A stretch of 63,571 nucleotides of DNA, filler included, from Stramenopiles sp. TOSAG23-3 (Eukaryota), in the NCBI GenBank assembly GCA_900128585.1. It is 6 parts of 6 records of this genome, joined end to end, with 100 filler letters (N's around TTAATTAATTAA, not from the genome) between each part and the next. Parts side by side here need not be neighbours in the genome. Positions count along the whole stretch, not along the records: positions 37,140 to 49,394 come from LT642697.1; positions 49,495 to 61,734 come from LT642698.1; 4 more parts are not named here. The stretch is one strand, 5' to 3'. Under the pieces are notes generated by a model. The model did no database searches. It saw nothing but the letters and a program-made list of their open reading frames with translations, and was not told the DNA's origin. Shown piece by piece: positions 41,733 to 51,608 of this stretch (within the stretch, counting starts at the first letter, position 1; the number at the start of each line of letters is the position of its first letter). A program made the translations under genes and the position numbers.

Positions 41733-44309
41733 TTAAGGTGTTGCTGGCTCGTCTCCACGGCGCCAGGTGTCCCCAAGGACGGCGGGCGTCGTCACCAGCC
41801 GGTGATTCTCTGGCTTCTTGTTCCTTGCTGTATAGTACAAAAACTCCACCCAGTCGTTTACGACATTCTCGTTCTCAAACATCCTCCCAGGGACCCGCCG
41901 CACCAGCTCGTCGCTGATTTGTTGCCGGTAAGCCGGGTCCACCCCGAACCGCACGACCTTGTCGACGTACCCGTCGAGGGTGTGGGCGACGCAGCACGAT
42001 TCGTTGATCCCCAATTCACGCACGTAACCCTTTTCGATGCGCATGGTCATTCCGAGCGATAGACCCTCGTACACTACAAACGGGGTGCCGACGGACAGCG
42101 CTTCCATCACCGTCACGCCGCTGGCCGACGGGAAGGTGAACATAATCACCGCACCGAGCTTCAAAAATGCTAAATAACGATCCAGGTGCATTTGGTTCAC
42201 CCAAACAATTCTATCCACCACGCTGTCGGGCATCGATCGCCGGAACCGTTCCGTCAAAAAAACTCTTGAGGAGTCTAGCTTCCCCTTCACCAGGATCAGC
42301 AAACCGTGCGGGTCCTTCGTGAGAACCTTTCGTATTGCTTCGTCCATGAACGGATTCAGCTTGTACAAGGACGTTGGAATCATGTAAAGGTGCGGCTTCA
42401 CGCCGTCGCCAAAGTACCCCATCGGTATTCCAAAATCGTGCCCCTCCAAGTTCGGCGCGGGCAAGATGGGGGGCAAAAAATAGGTGCAAATGCTGGGCAT
42501 CAAGTACAAACGTTCGGTATAGTGCGCCTGCGCCTCCTGCGTCTCCATCTTCGCCGAGGAGACGAAGTAGTCCATCTCCGGCAATCCAGTCGTGATTCCG
42601 TGTCCCCAAAACACCACTTGGCGGTGCGCCAGGCGCGAAAACCCAGTCAAATACACGCTGCTTGCCATCCCAATCTCCCCAAACACCAATACGTCCAGGT
42701 TCAGCTGGCCAATGGTTTCCCGCAACACCGTGTAGCTGTCGGTGTCGATGCGAACAAAGCGGTCCGCGCTTTCCTCGATTTCGGTAGTAAACGAGTCTTC
42801 GTTAATGCTTGGCACGATGGCAACCACCTCAAACACAGGAAGCTTCGCCAGTTCCCGAATTACCCCTCGCAGAAGTTTCCCCACCGAATGCTCCCGAAAG
42901 AACGACGAGAAAAATCCCACTCGCAGCTTGTTGCCTGGCGACAGGTCTGGCCGGTTCAGGAATCGGTTGAACAGGACGTCTTCCCCCTTCGCCGCGGCAA
43001 TGTGGGGGGCCGTATACTCCAAGTACGGCGCGGAGAGCCGCAAGACCTCCGCCATTTGTGCCCGGGACACGTGCTCGTGAAACCCGAGTGACACGAAGTG
43101 AAAACCGAGGTCCGTGAACGCTTCCTCTGGTTTCGCGATGAACAGCTGGCCCTTCCTAGCCCGCTGGAGCAGGCTTTCCAGCTGCCCAAAAAACCGAAAC
43201 TTCATTCGCACGATGTCCTCCGCAGATTTGTAGAGCGGCGGTATGAACGTGCTCCACTTTATCCTCGCAGCATTGGCCCGCGCCTTGTCATTGCTCGCCG
43301 CGGCCGCGCGCTCCGCCCGTTTAAGCATGTCCACCGCGCCTTCCAAGTCGTTCTCGGCGACCAGTTTGTTGCCCAAGGAATCCAGGGCGGGGACCATGTT
43401 CGGGTCTATCGCAATTGCTTTCTGCCACATTTCCATCGCCAGCGATCGGTTCCCATTTTCTACCTTGTCGATCGCCGAGCCCACGTTGTTGTACAACCCA
43501 GCCTTCAGCTGCAGCGAATCGGGGTCTGTTTTGGTTTCTAAGAGGTCCAGTATCTCCATTTGCGCAGTGATGGACCCCTCCCTGTTGCCGAGGTGCCCCA
43601 GCAGCAGCGCGTAGTTAACGCTGGCTTTTAGGTTCCCGGCGCTGATGGCCTGCTTGTAGTGCGCCACGGCTTCGTCCAACCTGCCAATCTCGGCCAGCAG
43701 CAGCGCAACGTCGTTCCGGACCCCGTCGTCCTCCGGTCGCGCGTCCAGGTAGAGCATGTACTGCTCTGCTGCACGGGCGCTGACTTCTGTCAACGCCTCC
43801 GGGTAAACCCCTTTGGCCTTTGAATCGGGGTGAACGTAATACTGCAAAAGCTTCCCGTACTCCAAGTGAGCGTACGGGTCCGCGGCGACTCCTTCCTTTT
43901 TTCCCAGGGAGATGGCGCTTCGCATGTGCTCCTCCGCCAACGAAATTTCCCCAAACATCCTCGCAGTTTGTCCGGCAAGAGTGTGGAATACTGGCCGGTT
44001 CGGTTCAATCGTTATAGCGTGCGAAACGCTGGCGTAGGCGTCTTGGAACCGCTCGCTCTCTTTGTAGGTGTGGGCCAGTATATTCCAAGCGTCCGCGCTC
44101 TGCGGTTCGCCCTGAATAATTTGTCCAAGAATAGACTCTGCCGTACCATATTCTTTCTTGTAGAAGGCATCGAGGGCAAGCTTGAGCGCGGCCTCAACCG
44201 AAAACTGCCCCCCGCCCGCTCCAACCTCTCCCTCCGATAGCGTCTGCGGCAGCGCGCAAAGCAGCCCGAGAAGGCAGAAGGCAGAGCACAGAACGCCCTG
44301 CCCCCTCAT
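41733..44309 (-). CDS. TPR-containing GT41 glycosyltransferase (OGT/SPINDLY/HMW1C family) with signal peptide
   Basis: TPR repeats; RVGFFSSFFREHSVGK, WGHGITTGLPEMDYFVS, YTERL, SLYKLNP, FP...TVMEALSVGTP; hydrophobic N-terminal leader. Confidence 0.85.
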   Translation of the reverse strand: MRGQGVLCSAFCLLGLLCALPQTLSEGEVGAGGGQFSVEAALKLALDAFYKKEYGTAESILGQIIQGEPQSADAWNILAHTYKESERFQDAYASVSHAITIEPNRPVFHTLAGQTARMFGEISLAEEHMRSAISLGKKEGVAADPYAHLEYGKLLQYYVHPDSKAKGVYPEALTEVSARAAEQYMLYLDARPEDDGVRNDVALLLAEIGRLDEAVAHYKQAISAGNLKASVNYALLLGHLGNREGSITAQMEILDLLETKTDPDSLQLKAGLYNNVGSAIDKVENGNRSLAMEMWQKAIAIDPNMVPALDSLGNKLVAENDLEGAVDMLKRAERAAAASNDKARANAARIKWSTFIPPLYKSAEDIVRMKFRFFGQLESLLQRARKGQLFIAKPEEAFTDLGFHFVSLGFHEHVSRAQMAEVLRLSAPYLEYTAPHIAAAKGEDVLFNRFLNRPDLSPGNKLRVGFFSSFFREHSVGKLLRGVIRELAKLPVFEVVAIVPSINEDSFTTEIEESADRFVRIDTDSYTVLRETIGQLNLDVLVFGEIGMASSVYLTGFSRLAHRQVVFWGHGITTGLPEMDYFVSSAKMETQEAQAHYTERLYLMPSICTYFLPPILPAPNLEGHDFGIPMGYFGDGVKPHLYMIPTSLYKLNPFMDEAIRKVLTKDPHGLLILVKGKLDSSRVFLTERFRRSMPDSVVDRIVWVNQMHLDRYLAFLKLGAVIMFTFPSASGVTVMEALSVGTPFVVYEGLSLGMTMRIEKGYVRELGINESCCVAHTLDGYVDKVVRFGVDPAYRQQISDELVRRVPGRMFENENVVNDWVEFLYYTARNKKPENHRLVTTPAVLGDTWRRGDEPATP

Positions 44310-44885
44310 TGTATACCGGAACGGGGAGAACGGCTACTACTACGACTACGACACGCCCGTGTGCAACGAAATTGGCAGTTCGATCGTGTTCAAAAATAAC
44401 ATTAACCAAGGCTGCTATAGCGTAATCATAATTTCACAGCCTACTTATCAATTATATTAGGAAAGTCTATGAATGAAATTTATTTTTATATCATAACATT
44501 TCAATATGTAAACTGTACCATTATCTCAATCCACCAATGAACAAGAAGAAAGGAATTAAAAAAGTATGAGAAGATTATTATTGATTCGTCGTCCACCAAA
44601 ACAACAATAGTCTCTCTTAATTTAAATAATAATAAAATACCAAAAAAAAAAATATAAATCATTTTTTGATCTGTAAGTATTCTTTATTCCCTATCTAAAA
44701 TATTTATACTAAAATATACTTCAAACAAAAATCTTCATCGTCCTCCCGTTCCTCCCGCCGTCCTCCCACCATCCACAACAAGAAGAAGAAAAAAAGGTGG
44801 AAGGACTACTATATAATAATAGTGGTCTTATATTAATAATAATAATAAAAAAAGATTTTATTTTGGTGCATTTTCTTCTTCACAC

Positions 44886-46265
44886 TCAACACACCAATCC
44901 CAAGACCCCATTCAAAGCTGGGATAAGACGACCGAGGGCGCAATAGTTCCATGGAATTACCGGCTCTGAGGGCAAGGGGTACTTGATGTACACGTCCATG
45001 ATCATCAAGGCCAAGTCCAACCTTGGAACACTTTCCAGCGTCGACCCTTTGGCCAGTTTGCCCTTTGCAATCAAGTCTGCCAAAAATTTCTCCAAAATAC
45101 CGTCCAAACTCATCCGTCCGTCTTCCCCATCTTTGCCGTGCAAGGTTTTGCGATACGACTCCAGCTCCGCGTCGTTTGCAAAGCAGCGCGCGCGGTACAC
45201 AATACTTATGCGCAGATCGTCAAACGAGTAATTTCGAAGCACGCCGTCCCGTTCGTTGGTCAGCGTCCACCTGTCGTTCTCCCCGCTTTCTTTCTTGAGC
45301 CAGTGGACGATGGATTTGTCGATGAGGGGAATATCGTCTTCCATGCGGTACACCGACGCAGCGTGCACCACCTTCGACCCGTCCACTACACTGCCACTCA
45401 ACGGGTGCGGGAGCACGCGGTTTGGCTTAGGGTCGTTGTTGTTCCAGTAAATAAATGACCCGAAGTTGTCGTGGTCGACGCTGGTGTCTACTGCCTCCGT
45501 CGGCTCCCAGCGGTGCAGGTAGCCAACCACTTGCACCTGGTCGACGAACTTTTCGTCCCACATTCCCGAAAACTTCATCGCCGCCAACAGCCACTGGGGA
45601 AATTGAAATCGCGACGCTCCCTTAAAGTACACGCCGTCGATGTGCGTCGCGACTGTTTGCCCTGGAATTTGAATTATGAAGTTGAATTGAAAGGGGTCCA
45701 AGTGCTGCTTGTCTGCCGGGCAAACCATTTTTGCGGTGCCCAGGAACTTTTCGTCTGCAAAGAGTCGAGAAATTGCCGGGTAGGCGTTTAGGTCAAAGTG
45801 GTAGGCCCCAAAGGATTGTACGCGGGAAATGATTTTTTCGTATTTTTCCCGCAAGCCGCGGGCCCCGCCCGTCAGGATAAGGTGCCTCCCGATGTCCATT
45901 CTGCCCGCTAGAAGGCACTGCTTTCGATCCATCGACGGTATCAGAAACGGGTTGTCGCAAAGCACCCTCCCGTCCGGCATTACTTTGGCTGCGGTCGCTT
46001 CCCCGACGTGTTCGTGCTCGGTGTGGTAAAAGTTTACGTCCGCAGTGTTCGTAGGGTACCCCTTGTTCAACCCAATGGCGTCGACCAGCTCCACCAGCTC
46101 CTCGCCAACTGTTGGCGTTATCAGATCCTTCTTCACGTAAATCGGATGGCCCAGCAAATGCTTCGGCAGGGCGTTTCGCGGTACCACCGCATTGTTCAGC
46201 AACAGCAACCGCGCGACCACGGCGAAAAGCACTGGGGCCAAATACCAGTACGAAGCGCTTCCCAT
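44886..46265 (-). CDS. 2-oxoglutarate/Fe(II)-dependent dioxygenase-like protein with N-terminal signal or anchor
   Basis: PGQTVATHIDG (HxD), VVDGSKVVHA (distal His), RISIVYR (2OG-binding Arg). Confidence 0.7.
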   Translation of the reverse strand: MGSASYWYLAPVLFAVVARLLLLNNAVVPRNALPKHLLGHPIYVKKDLITPTVGEELVELVDAIGLNKGYPTNTADVNFYHTEHEHVGEATAAKVMPDGRVLCDNPFLIPSMDRKQCLLAGRMDIGRHLILTGGARGLREKYEKIISRVQSFGAYHFDLNAYPAISRLFADEKFLGTAKMVCPADKQHLDPFQFNFIIQIPGQTVATHIDGVYFKGASRFQFPQWLLAAMKFSGMWDEKFVDQVQVVGYLHRWEPTEAVDTSVDHDNFGSFIYWNNNDPKPNRVLPHPLSGSVVDGSKVVHAASVYRMEDDIPLIDKSIVHWLKKESGENDRWTLTNERDGVLRNYSFDDLRISIVYRARCFANDAELESYRKTLHGKDGEDGRMSLDGILEKFLADLIAKGKLAKGSTLESVPRLDLALMIMDVYIKYPLPSEPVIPWNYCALGRLIPALNGVLGLVC

Positions 46266-46782
46266 CTCTTTTTTTGTTGTTGCTTTTGGTTCTATCTTTT
46301 TTCGTGAATACTGTGCAATTTCTATCTCCCGTTCTTTTGATGTACTTATTTGGTGATTACATTTTAATTTTAAAATTATTGTATTGAAAGGGCGAACTCT
46401 TGTGTTTTTAATAAGTTACGATAAAAATTAAAACTATTAACTCTAACTTGAAGTTAGAATGACTACTATATATTATTATTTTTTTTCTTTTTTTTTTCAA
46501 CAACAAAAAAAAACAACAACAAAAAGAAAAGAGAAGAAGAAGAAGAGAAGAAGAAAGAAGAAGAACAACAAGAAGAAGAAGAAGAAGATAAAAAGAAGAA
46601 GATAGAAGAAGATAAAAGAAGAAGAAAAGAAGAAAGAAGAAGAAGAAAAAGAAGAAAAAGAAGAAAAAGAAGAAAAAGAAAAGAAAGAGGAGGAGTGCCA
46701 GTGTGGTGGTGTGGTGGAGGTTGAAAAAAAAAAAAATTTCTTCTATCTTGTTCTTTAATTTCCTCGTTTCGTATTTCTTTCA

Positions 46783-48228
46783 TCAGGGTGGCGGTGGCCT
46801 CGCTTTCACTGGAATTTCAAACGCCATGCATTGCCCTCCCCTCCCCTCCACTGTTGCGTGCTCCTGTTTTCCGGCTGCAATCAAGAACACCGTTGCTTGA
46901 TCGTGTTTTGACAATTTGCCTTGTTGTCCATTCAATGGGGGCAACGCATATGGCGCGTAGATAAGGTCTACTGCCATCACGGAGCCTTGGGAAACGTATT
47001 CCATCACAGGCTTGTCCCCCTCTGCAATGTGGAACAGGAGAACGTTTGGTTCACTTGCATGGATACTGTTTCCCCATGTGCCTAAAGCGGTGTACCCTAA
47101 ATGCATCGCCATGACTGGAAAATTTTCCAGCCCGTTCCCTTTCTTTGACGTCCAGCTGACAAACACCTTTCCAGTTAGCATGGAGAAAACTTCTAGCTTT
47201 GCAACGCCCTGGTTGGCCCCAAGCCCAAGCCACCCGATTGCCGCAATGCATCCGCCTGCATTTTTTCCCTCTCCATTTACACTTGTGGTGTGGGAAACGG
47301 CGACCCAGGTGTTTGGGGGACCCAGAGGGGTTTGTGGCTGGAAGGGCGTTATTTCGAACTCTCCTGAGGTAGAGTTCCAACGACGTACGACGGAGCCATC
47401 GTTCACTGCATACAGAAGAAACACACCCATCGGGCAGATATGAACATCGGAAACCATTTGTCGGCTCAACGCTTTCGTCCTCAACTTCCCAGTCGACTTT
47501 TCAAGCACATACACCATCAATCCATTGCTGTAGGCAATGTGGTCTCCGCCGCGAGACATTGACACGCTGTTCGTTCCTGGCGGCTCGTTTTCCAACCGGA
47601 AGACGAACATCAGCGCCCCAGTTTGCCCGTTGATACAGTGAAGCTCAGGAACACCCGTTTGCGTCTTTGGATCAGAAACCTTCACCGCAAACACAACCGT
47701 GGACCCGTCATCGCTCACTTTCAACGTGGGCTTGGAATCGCCTTCCAAAGTCAGGTCTACCGAACAGTTCCCCGTAACATTGTACCGCCACATTTGCTTT
47801 GCCGCGCTGCTTTTGCTGCTAAAACCAAGCAAAAAGCATGACCTCTCTCCCTGGTCCTGAAACTGATTCGCCACCACCAGGTCAACCGGCCCCGAACTGC
47901 TAAGGTCAATGTGCCGAGCAGTTGCGACTGCAAGCGTGGACGGAGTGTCTTTGAAATTGTCCGGCTCGTAACTCCAATCCACAGTGCCATTCTGTGAGTC
48001 TGGGGAAAACACTTCCATGAGTTTAGGGTCATTCAACCACGATGCGGCGGCAAACCTTACACCTGATCCTACCCCATTCTTTAAACTGGGAGAGCCAACA
48101 ACCCCAACGCTGGAATACATCGATGCGTCCAGAGTCTGCTCCCAAATTGGATTGACTTCCGCACTGCTGGCTCGATTGAACAGCGCCAACGCCAAGAGGA
48201 GGCTGCACTTCAATACACAAACGAACAT
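46783..48228 (-). CDS. Secreted beta-propeller-like protein
   Basis: Signal peptide; blade-like motifs KVSDDGSTVVFA, SMSRGGDHIAYS, GQTGAL, KSTGKL, MLTGKV. Confidence 0.6.
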   Translation of the reverse strand: MFVCVLKCSLLLALALFNRASSAEVNPIWEQTLDASMYSSVGVVGSPSLKNGVGSGVRFAAASWLNDPKLMEVFSPDSQNGTVDWSYEPDNFKDTPSTLAVATARHIDLSSSGPVDLVVANQFQDQGERSCFLLGFSSKSSAAKQMWRYNVTGNCSVDLTLEGDSKPTLKVSDDGSTVVFAVKVSDPKTQTGVPELHCINGQTGALMFVFRLENEPPGTNSVSMSRGGDHIAYSNGLMVYVLEKSTGKLRTKALSRQMVSDVHICPMGVFLLYAVNDGSVVRRWNSTSGEFEITPFQPQTPLGPPNTWVAVSHTTSVNGEGKNAGGCIAAIGWLGLGANQGVAKLEVFSMLTGKVFVSWTSKKGNGLENFPVMAMHLGYTALGTWGNSIHASEPNVLLFHIAEGDKPVMEYVSQGSVMAVDLIYAPYALPPLNGQQGKLSKHDQATVFLIAAGKQEHATVEGRGGQCMAFEIPVKARPPPP

Positions 48229-49092
48229 TTTCCTGCTAAACAAGTCTCGCCTTCCTTTCCCTTACTATAACCAAATCTTTTGAAGTTTACCTCGTGTATA
48301 ATTTCAAACGGCATACGAATTTCTTACTGGTCTATTTAAGAATTTATGAAACATTTACTCTAAAGATATAATAAACATTTATTATTAGTAAAAATATTAT
48401 TTTAAAAGAATTATTATTATTTTTTTTATAATAATATAATAATAATAATTATTATATTTTAGATGATGATTATTATTAATACCAAAAAAAATTCAACTTC
48501 TTCTTCTTACTACTACTCTTCTTACTCTACTAATAATAAAAACACTTCTTTCTTCTTCCTCCTATAATACCTTCGTTCCTCTTCTTTCTTCTTCTCCAAA
48601 ATAATATCCTCCCTTCGTGTAGTCCTGTAGTAAATAATAATTTCAGCGCGAATATTTAATATAAAAATAAATCTTATTTTAATATTATTATAGCTATTCT
48701 ATCTCTAATATATATATGCTGTGTAATGATGTAATGAAGGAGAGGAGGATGATGATGGGGTGGTGGACCAACAACACTATTATCGATAAGTAATACTCAT
48801 AAATAAAATATCTTTTTATTCTTATTTCTATACTATCTCTTTTCTTCTTCTTCTTTCTTTTTCTTTTTTTTTCTTCGTAAAAAAATTTAAATGATGATGA
48901 TGTGAAAAAACAATTAATAACTTTTTTTAATTACGATTTTTTAAACAGACGGTAGATTATATAAGGGTCACATTTTGTGAACTCATTTAATAAGAAAGAA
49001 TTATTAAACGAGCAGGCCTTGATAAACATTTATAATCGATCAACAGATGATCAGAGAGTAATACAGTTTCTTTCTTTTTTTTCCCTGCCATA

Positions 49093-49394
49093 ATGAAGAC
49101 TTCTTCCAAAGCGGTCGCTGCGTTGTTTGTCCTTGGCCTGGCAGCCTTTGGGACGACGGTGGTAACAGGCTACAAGGCCGGTACGCCCTTTCAAGTGCTA
49201 CCGTGCAACACCTCAAATCCCCGACAATTGTATTCGATTGAAAACGAAGGGACTTTTTCGGAGATCCGTATTGGCCGAGGAAAAGACCCAGATCCAACGG
49301 ACGTGATCGACTCTGCGGGCGGTGGGGCCGGAACCACGCCTCACGTCTGGTCGCTTGACAAAACACAGATAAATCAACACTGGCTGGTCGAGAG
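49093..49394 (+). CDS. Secreted protein with ricin-B (QxW) lectin-like start; 3'-truncated at contig end
   Basis: Signal peptide; VLPCNTSNPRQLY and HVWSLD...NQHW resemble beta-trefoil repeats. Confidence 0.55.
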
Positions 49395-49494
49395 NNNNNN
49401 NNNNNNNNNNNNNNNNNNNNNNNNNNNNNNNNNNNNNNTTAATTAATTAANNNNNNNNNNNNNNNNNNNNNNNNNNNNNNNNNNNNNNNNNNNN
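49395..49494. other. Artificial contig linker
   Basis: N44-TTAATTAATTAA-N44, followed by a low-quality A/C homopolymer edge to about 49576. Confidence 0.97.
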
Positions 49495-49555
<61 letters not shown>

Positions 49556-49812
49556 CCCCCCCCCCCCCCCCCCCCCAAAAATATAAAAATGAAAACAACT
49601 ATATTTTTAAAAATACAACGAAACAAATTGATTAACATTTGGCGATGAATTATTTAGGAAAGGCTCCAATTTAATGTAGCATTTCGGAAAGTGTGGTGAG
49701 GAGAACATTATGTCAAGATATTGATGTTTAGTTAGGGCGTGCTTGTGTCACGATACATATACATAGCGTGCAGAGTTTAGCGTCTTGCAGAACGTGCACT
49801 CCCTTGCAAAGT

Positions 49813-51177
49813 ATGGCCACCGTCGGAGTGGAAGGGGGGGTGTCTGCTACGGAGGCGGTGCCTGGTGCCACCCCAGTTGTCCAGGCGCATGACAATTCCA
49901 GGGTGGACAGTGAGAATTCGTTGCCGTCAAACAGTTCGGTGAACCATACAACTCTGGTAGAAGAGTGGAAGAGGAATATATCAAAGGATTTACAGGTTCG
50001 TGTCGCGCCGACGAAGGACCAGGCAGCTGCGCGCATACAAAATTTGTACCGGTGCAGGAAACGACGCCTCACATTTAAGACAATAAAGAGGGTGCTGACC
50101 CATGCAGAGGAGAGTATTACGCGGAGGGTCTTGAAGCAGATCAACCCGAGCGAGGCGCACCTGTTAAACGACCCATCTCTTCGCTCTAGAGTCAGATTTC
50201 GGCTGGGCGGGACAACGTGGCCGCCCATGATCTTGTACAAAATATATACGAACGCGACGGTTCGGTACATCGACGGGCGCGTGGTGACGGATCACATTCA
50301 CGGGAAACTGGACAAGCGGGGGGTGTACTCTCGCAGGGACTACCAGAAATTTATATCATGGTTGGACAGAAAGCCTGTGAACGCGGGGGGGAGGGGAAAC
50401 GTGTGGCGGCCGCTCTTCTACACAAAGACCGTCGATGGTAGGCTGGCGTTGCCGAACCCTAACACCCCGCCGAGACGGAGCAGGCGCCGCAAAGAAAACG
50501 ATAATATGGCGCGCAGCCTGCCGTCGCTGGGCATCTCTGGCATTCGCAGTGGCGCGGGGGGCGGGGTTTCGGGGTCAAAACATTTGCGGTTCTCGTCGTC
50601 CCGCTCCCTTTCGCGCTCAATGAGCGAAATGGAGCTCACGCGCAAAGGCGAACAGGCACAGTTTCAGCGATGGGAAAGTAGTTCCATCCGTAGGCGTCCG
50701 GGAACCACCACAGAAGCAGGGCGAAAAGCGGGTCGTGACAAATATAGAAACGCAAGACCACAGAGTGCTTCTATGGCCAAACGGCGGGAGGGGAGCCGGA
50801 AAAGTGCCCGGAGGCGCAGGCCGCGGTCTGCAGGGCGTCAGCGTCGGACACGTAACAAAATCGGTGCTGTGGGGAAAATGTCCTTGAAAGGTAAAGAAAT
50901 GAATACGATGGGCCAAACAGTGGTCCATTCAGTGGGTCCGGGGAAAGTCTTGACCCCGATCCAACACCGACAGCGCAGGCTGCGGGCCTTGCCTTTGCAC
51001 AACCAGTCGCCTGTACCAAAATCACGGGCGCTTAAGAGTCGAAGCCCGAAACGATTTTCAATGAAGAGCGTGACTAGTTGGGAGACGGTTCCAGATGCCG
51101 AGGCGAACGAACTATACGCATGGAGCAATGCTCTGAACGTCGATGACCTCGACTGGGTGAAAACGAGCCCCAGCTAA
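49813..51177 (+). CDS. MFI / C11orf65-like IQ-motif protein
   Basis: AAARIQNLYR (IQ), LKQINPSEAHLL...VRFRLGGTTWPPMILYKIYT, and C-terminal ELYAWSNALNVDD match recalled C11orf65 motifs. Confidence 0.75.
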   Translation: MATVGVEGGVSATEAVPGATPVVQAHDNSRVDSENSLPSNSSVNHTTLVEEWKRNISKDLQVRVAPTKDQAAARIQNLYRCRKRRLTFKTIKRVLTHAEESITRRVLKQINPSEAHLLNDPSLRSRVRFRLGGTTWPPMILYKIYTNATVRYIDGRVVTDHIHGKLDKRGVYSRRDYQKFISWLDRKPVNAGGRGNVWRPLFYTKTVDGRLALPNPNTPPRRSRRRKENDNMARSLPSLGISGIRSGAGGGVSGSKHLRFSSSRSLSRSMSEMELTRKGEQAQFQRWESSSIRRRPGTTTEAGRKAGRDKYRNARPQSASMAKRREGSRKSARRRRPRSAGRQRRTRNKIGAVGKMSLKGKEMNTMGQTVVHSVGPGKVLTPIQHRQRRLRALPLHNQSPVPKSRALKSRSPKRFSMKSVTSWETVPDAEANELYAWSNALNVDDLDWVKTSPS

Positions 51178-51374
51178 GCCAAAGCATTGGGGGAGCGTGT
51201 GGTAGAATTATTCGTAAGAGAGTAAGAATTTTGCTAATTTAGAATTGGTGGGGGGGGGGGGCGGGGGCAGCTCCTCGTCAAAATTTGCTCGAGAGTGAGT
51301 TCGCACGTATATAATATAAAGTATTTCGTGAGTATATAATTTGTTTTTTCGTGGGTATTTAATTGTAATTAAAA

Positions 51375-51540
51375 TTAATGTACTGCGAACTGAACTCTAG
51401 ATTTAGACATTCGAGGTTTACAATCCTTCATGTACTGCGAACTTATCTTTGCTCTTTGGTAAGCCTCTGTTATTTAAGAAATTCTTACGAAGTAGATTGA
51501 TTTTAAAAACAAACTACTTCGTAATGGCTGTTATTTAGAG
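51375..51540. repeat. Dispersed repeat copy with a 40-nt near-palindrome
   Basis: 51375-51393 is the exact reverse complement of 59911-59929; palindrome at 51485-51524; GGCTGTTATTTA core shared with the 10846-11040 element. Confidence 0.6.
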
Positions 51541-51608
51541 GAGATATTGTCTAAAGTTATATCTTAACATACTATATATTTTGTTTTTTTTTCATAACAT
51601 AGATTTTA

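Noticed and set aside
49495-49576. Long poly-A followed by poly-C, possibly a retroposon tail or telomere
   Set aside because: Sits at a contig edge with no element body or telomeric unit; probably a low-quality end.
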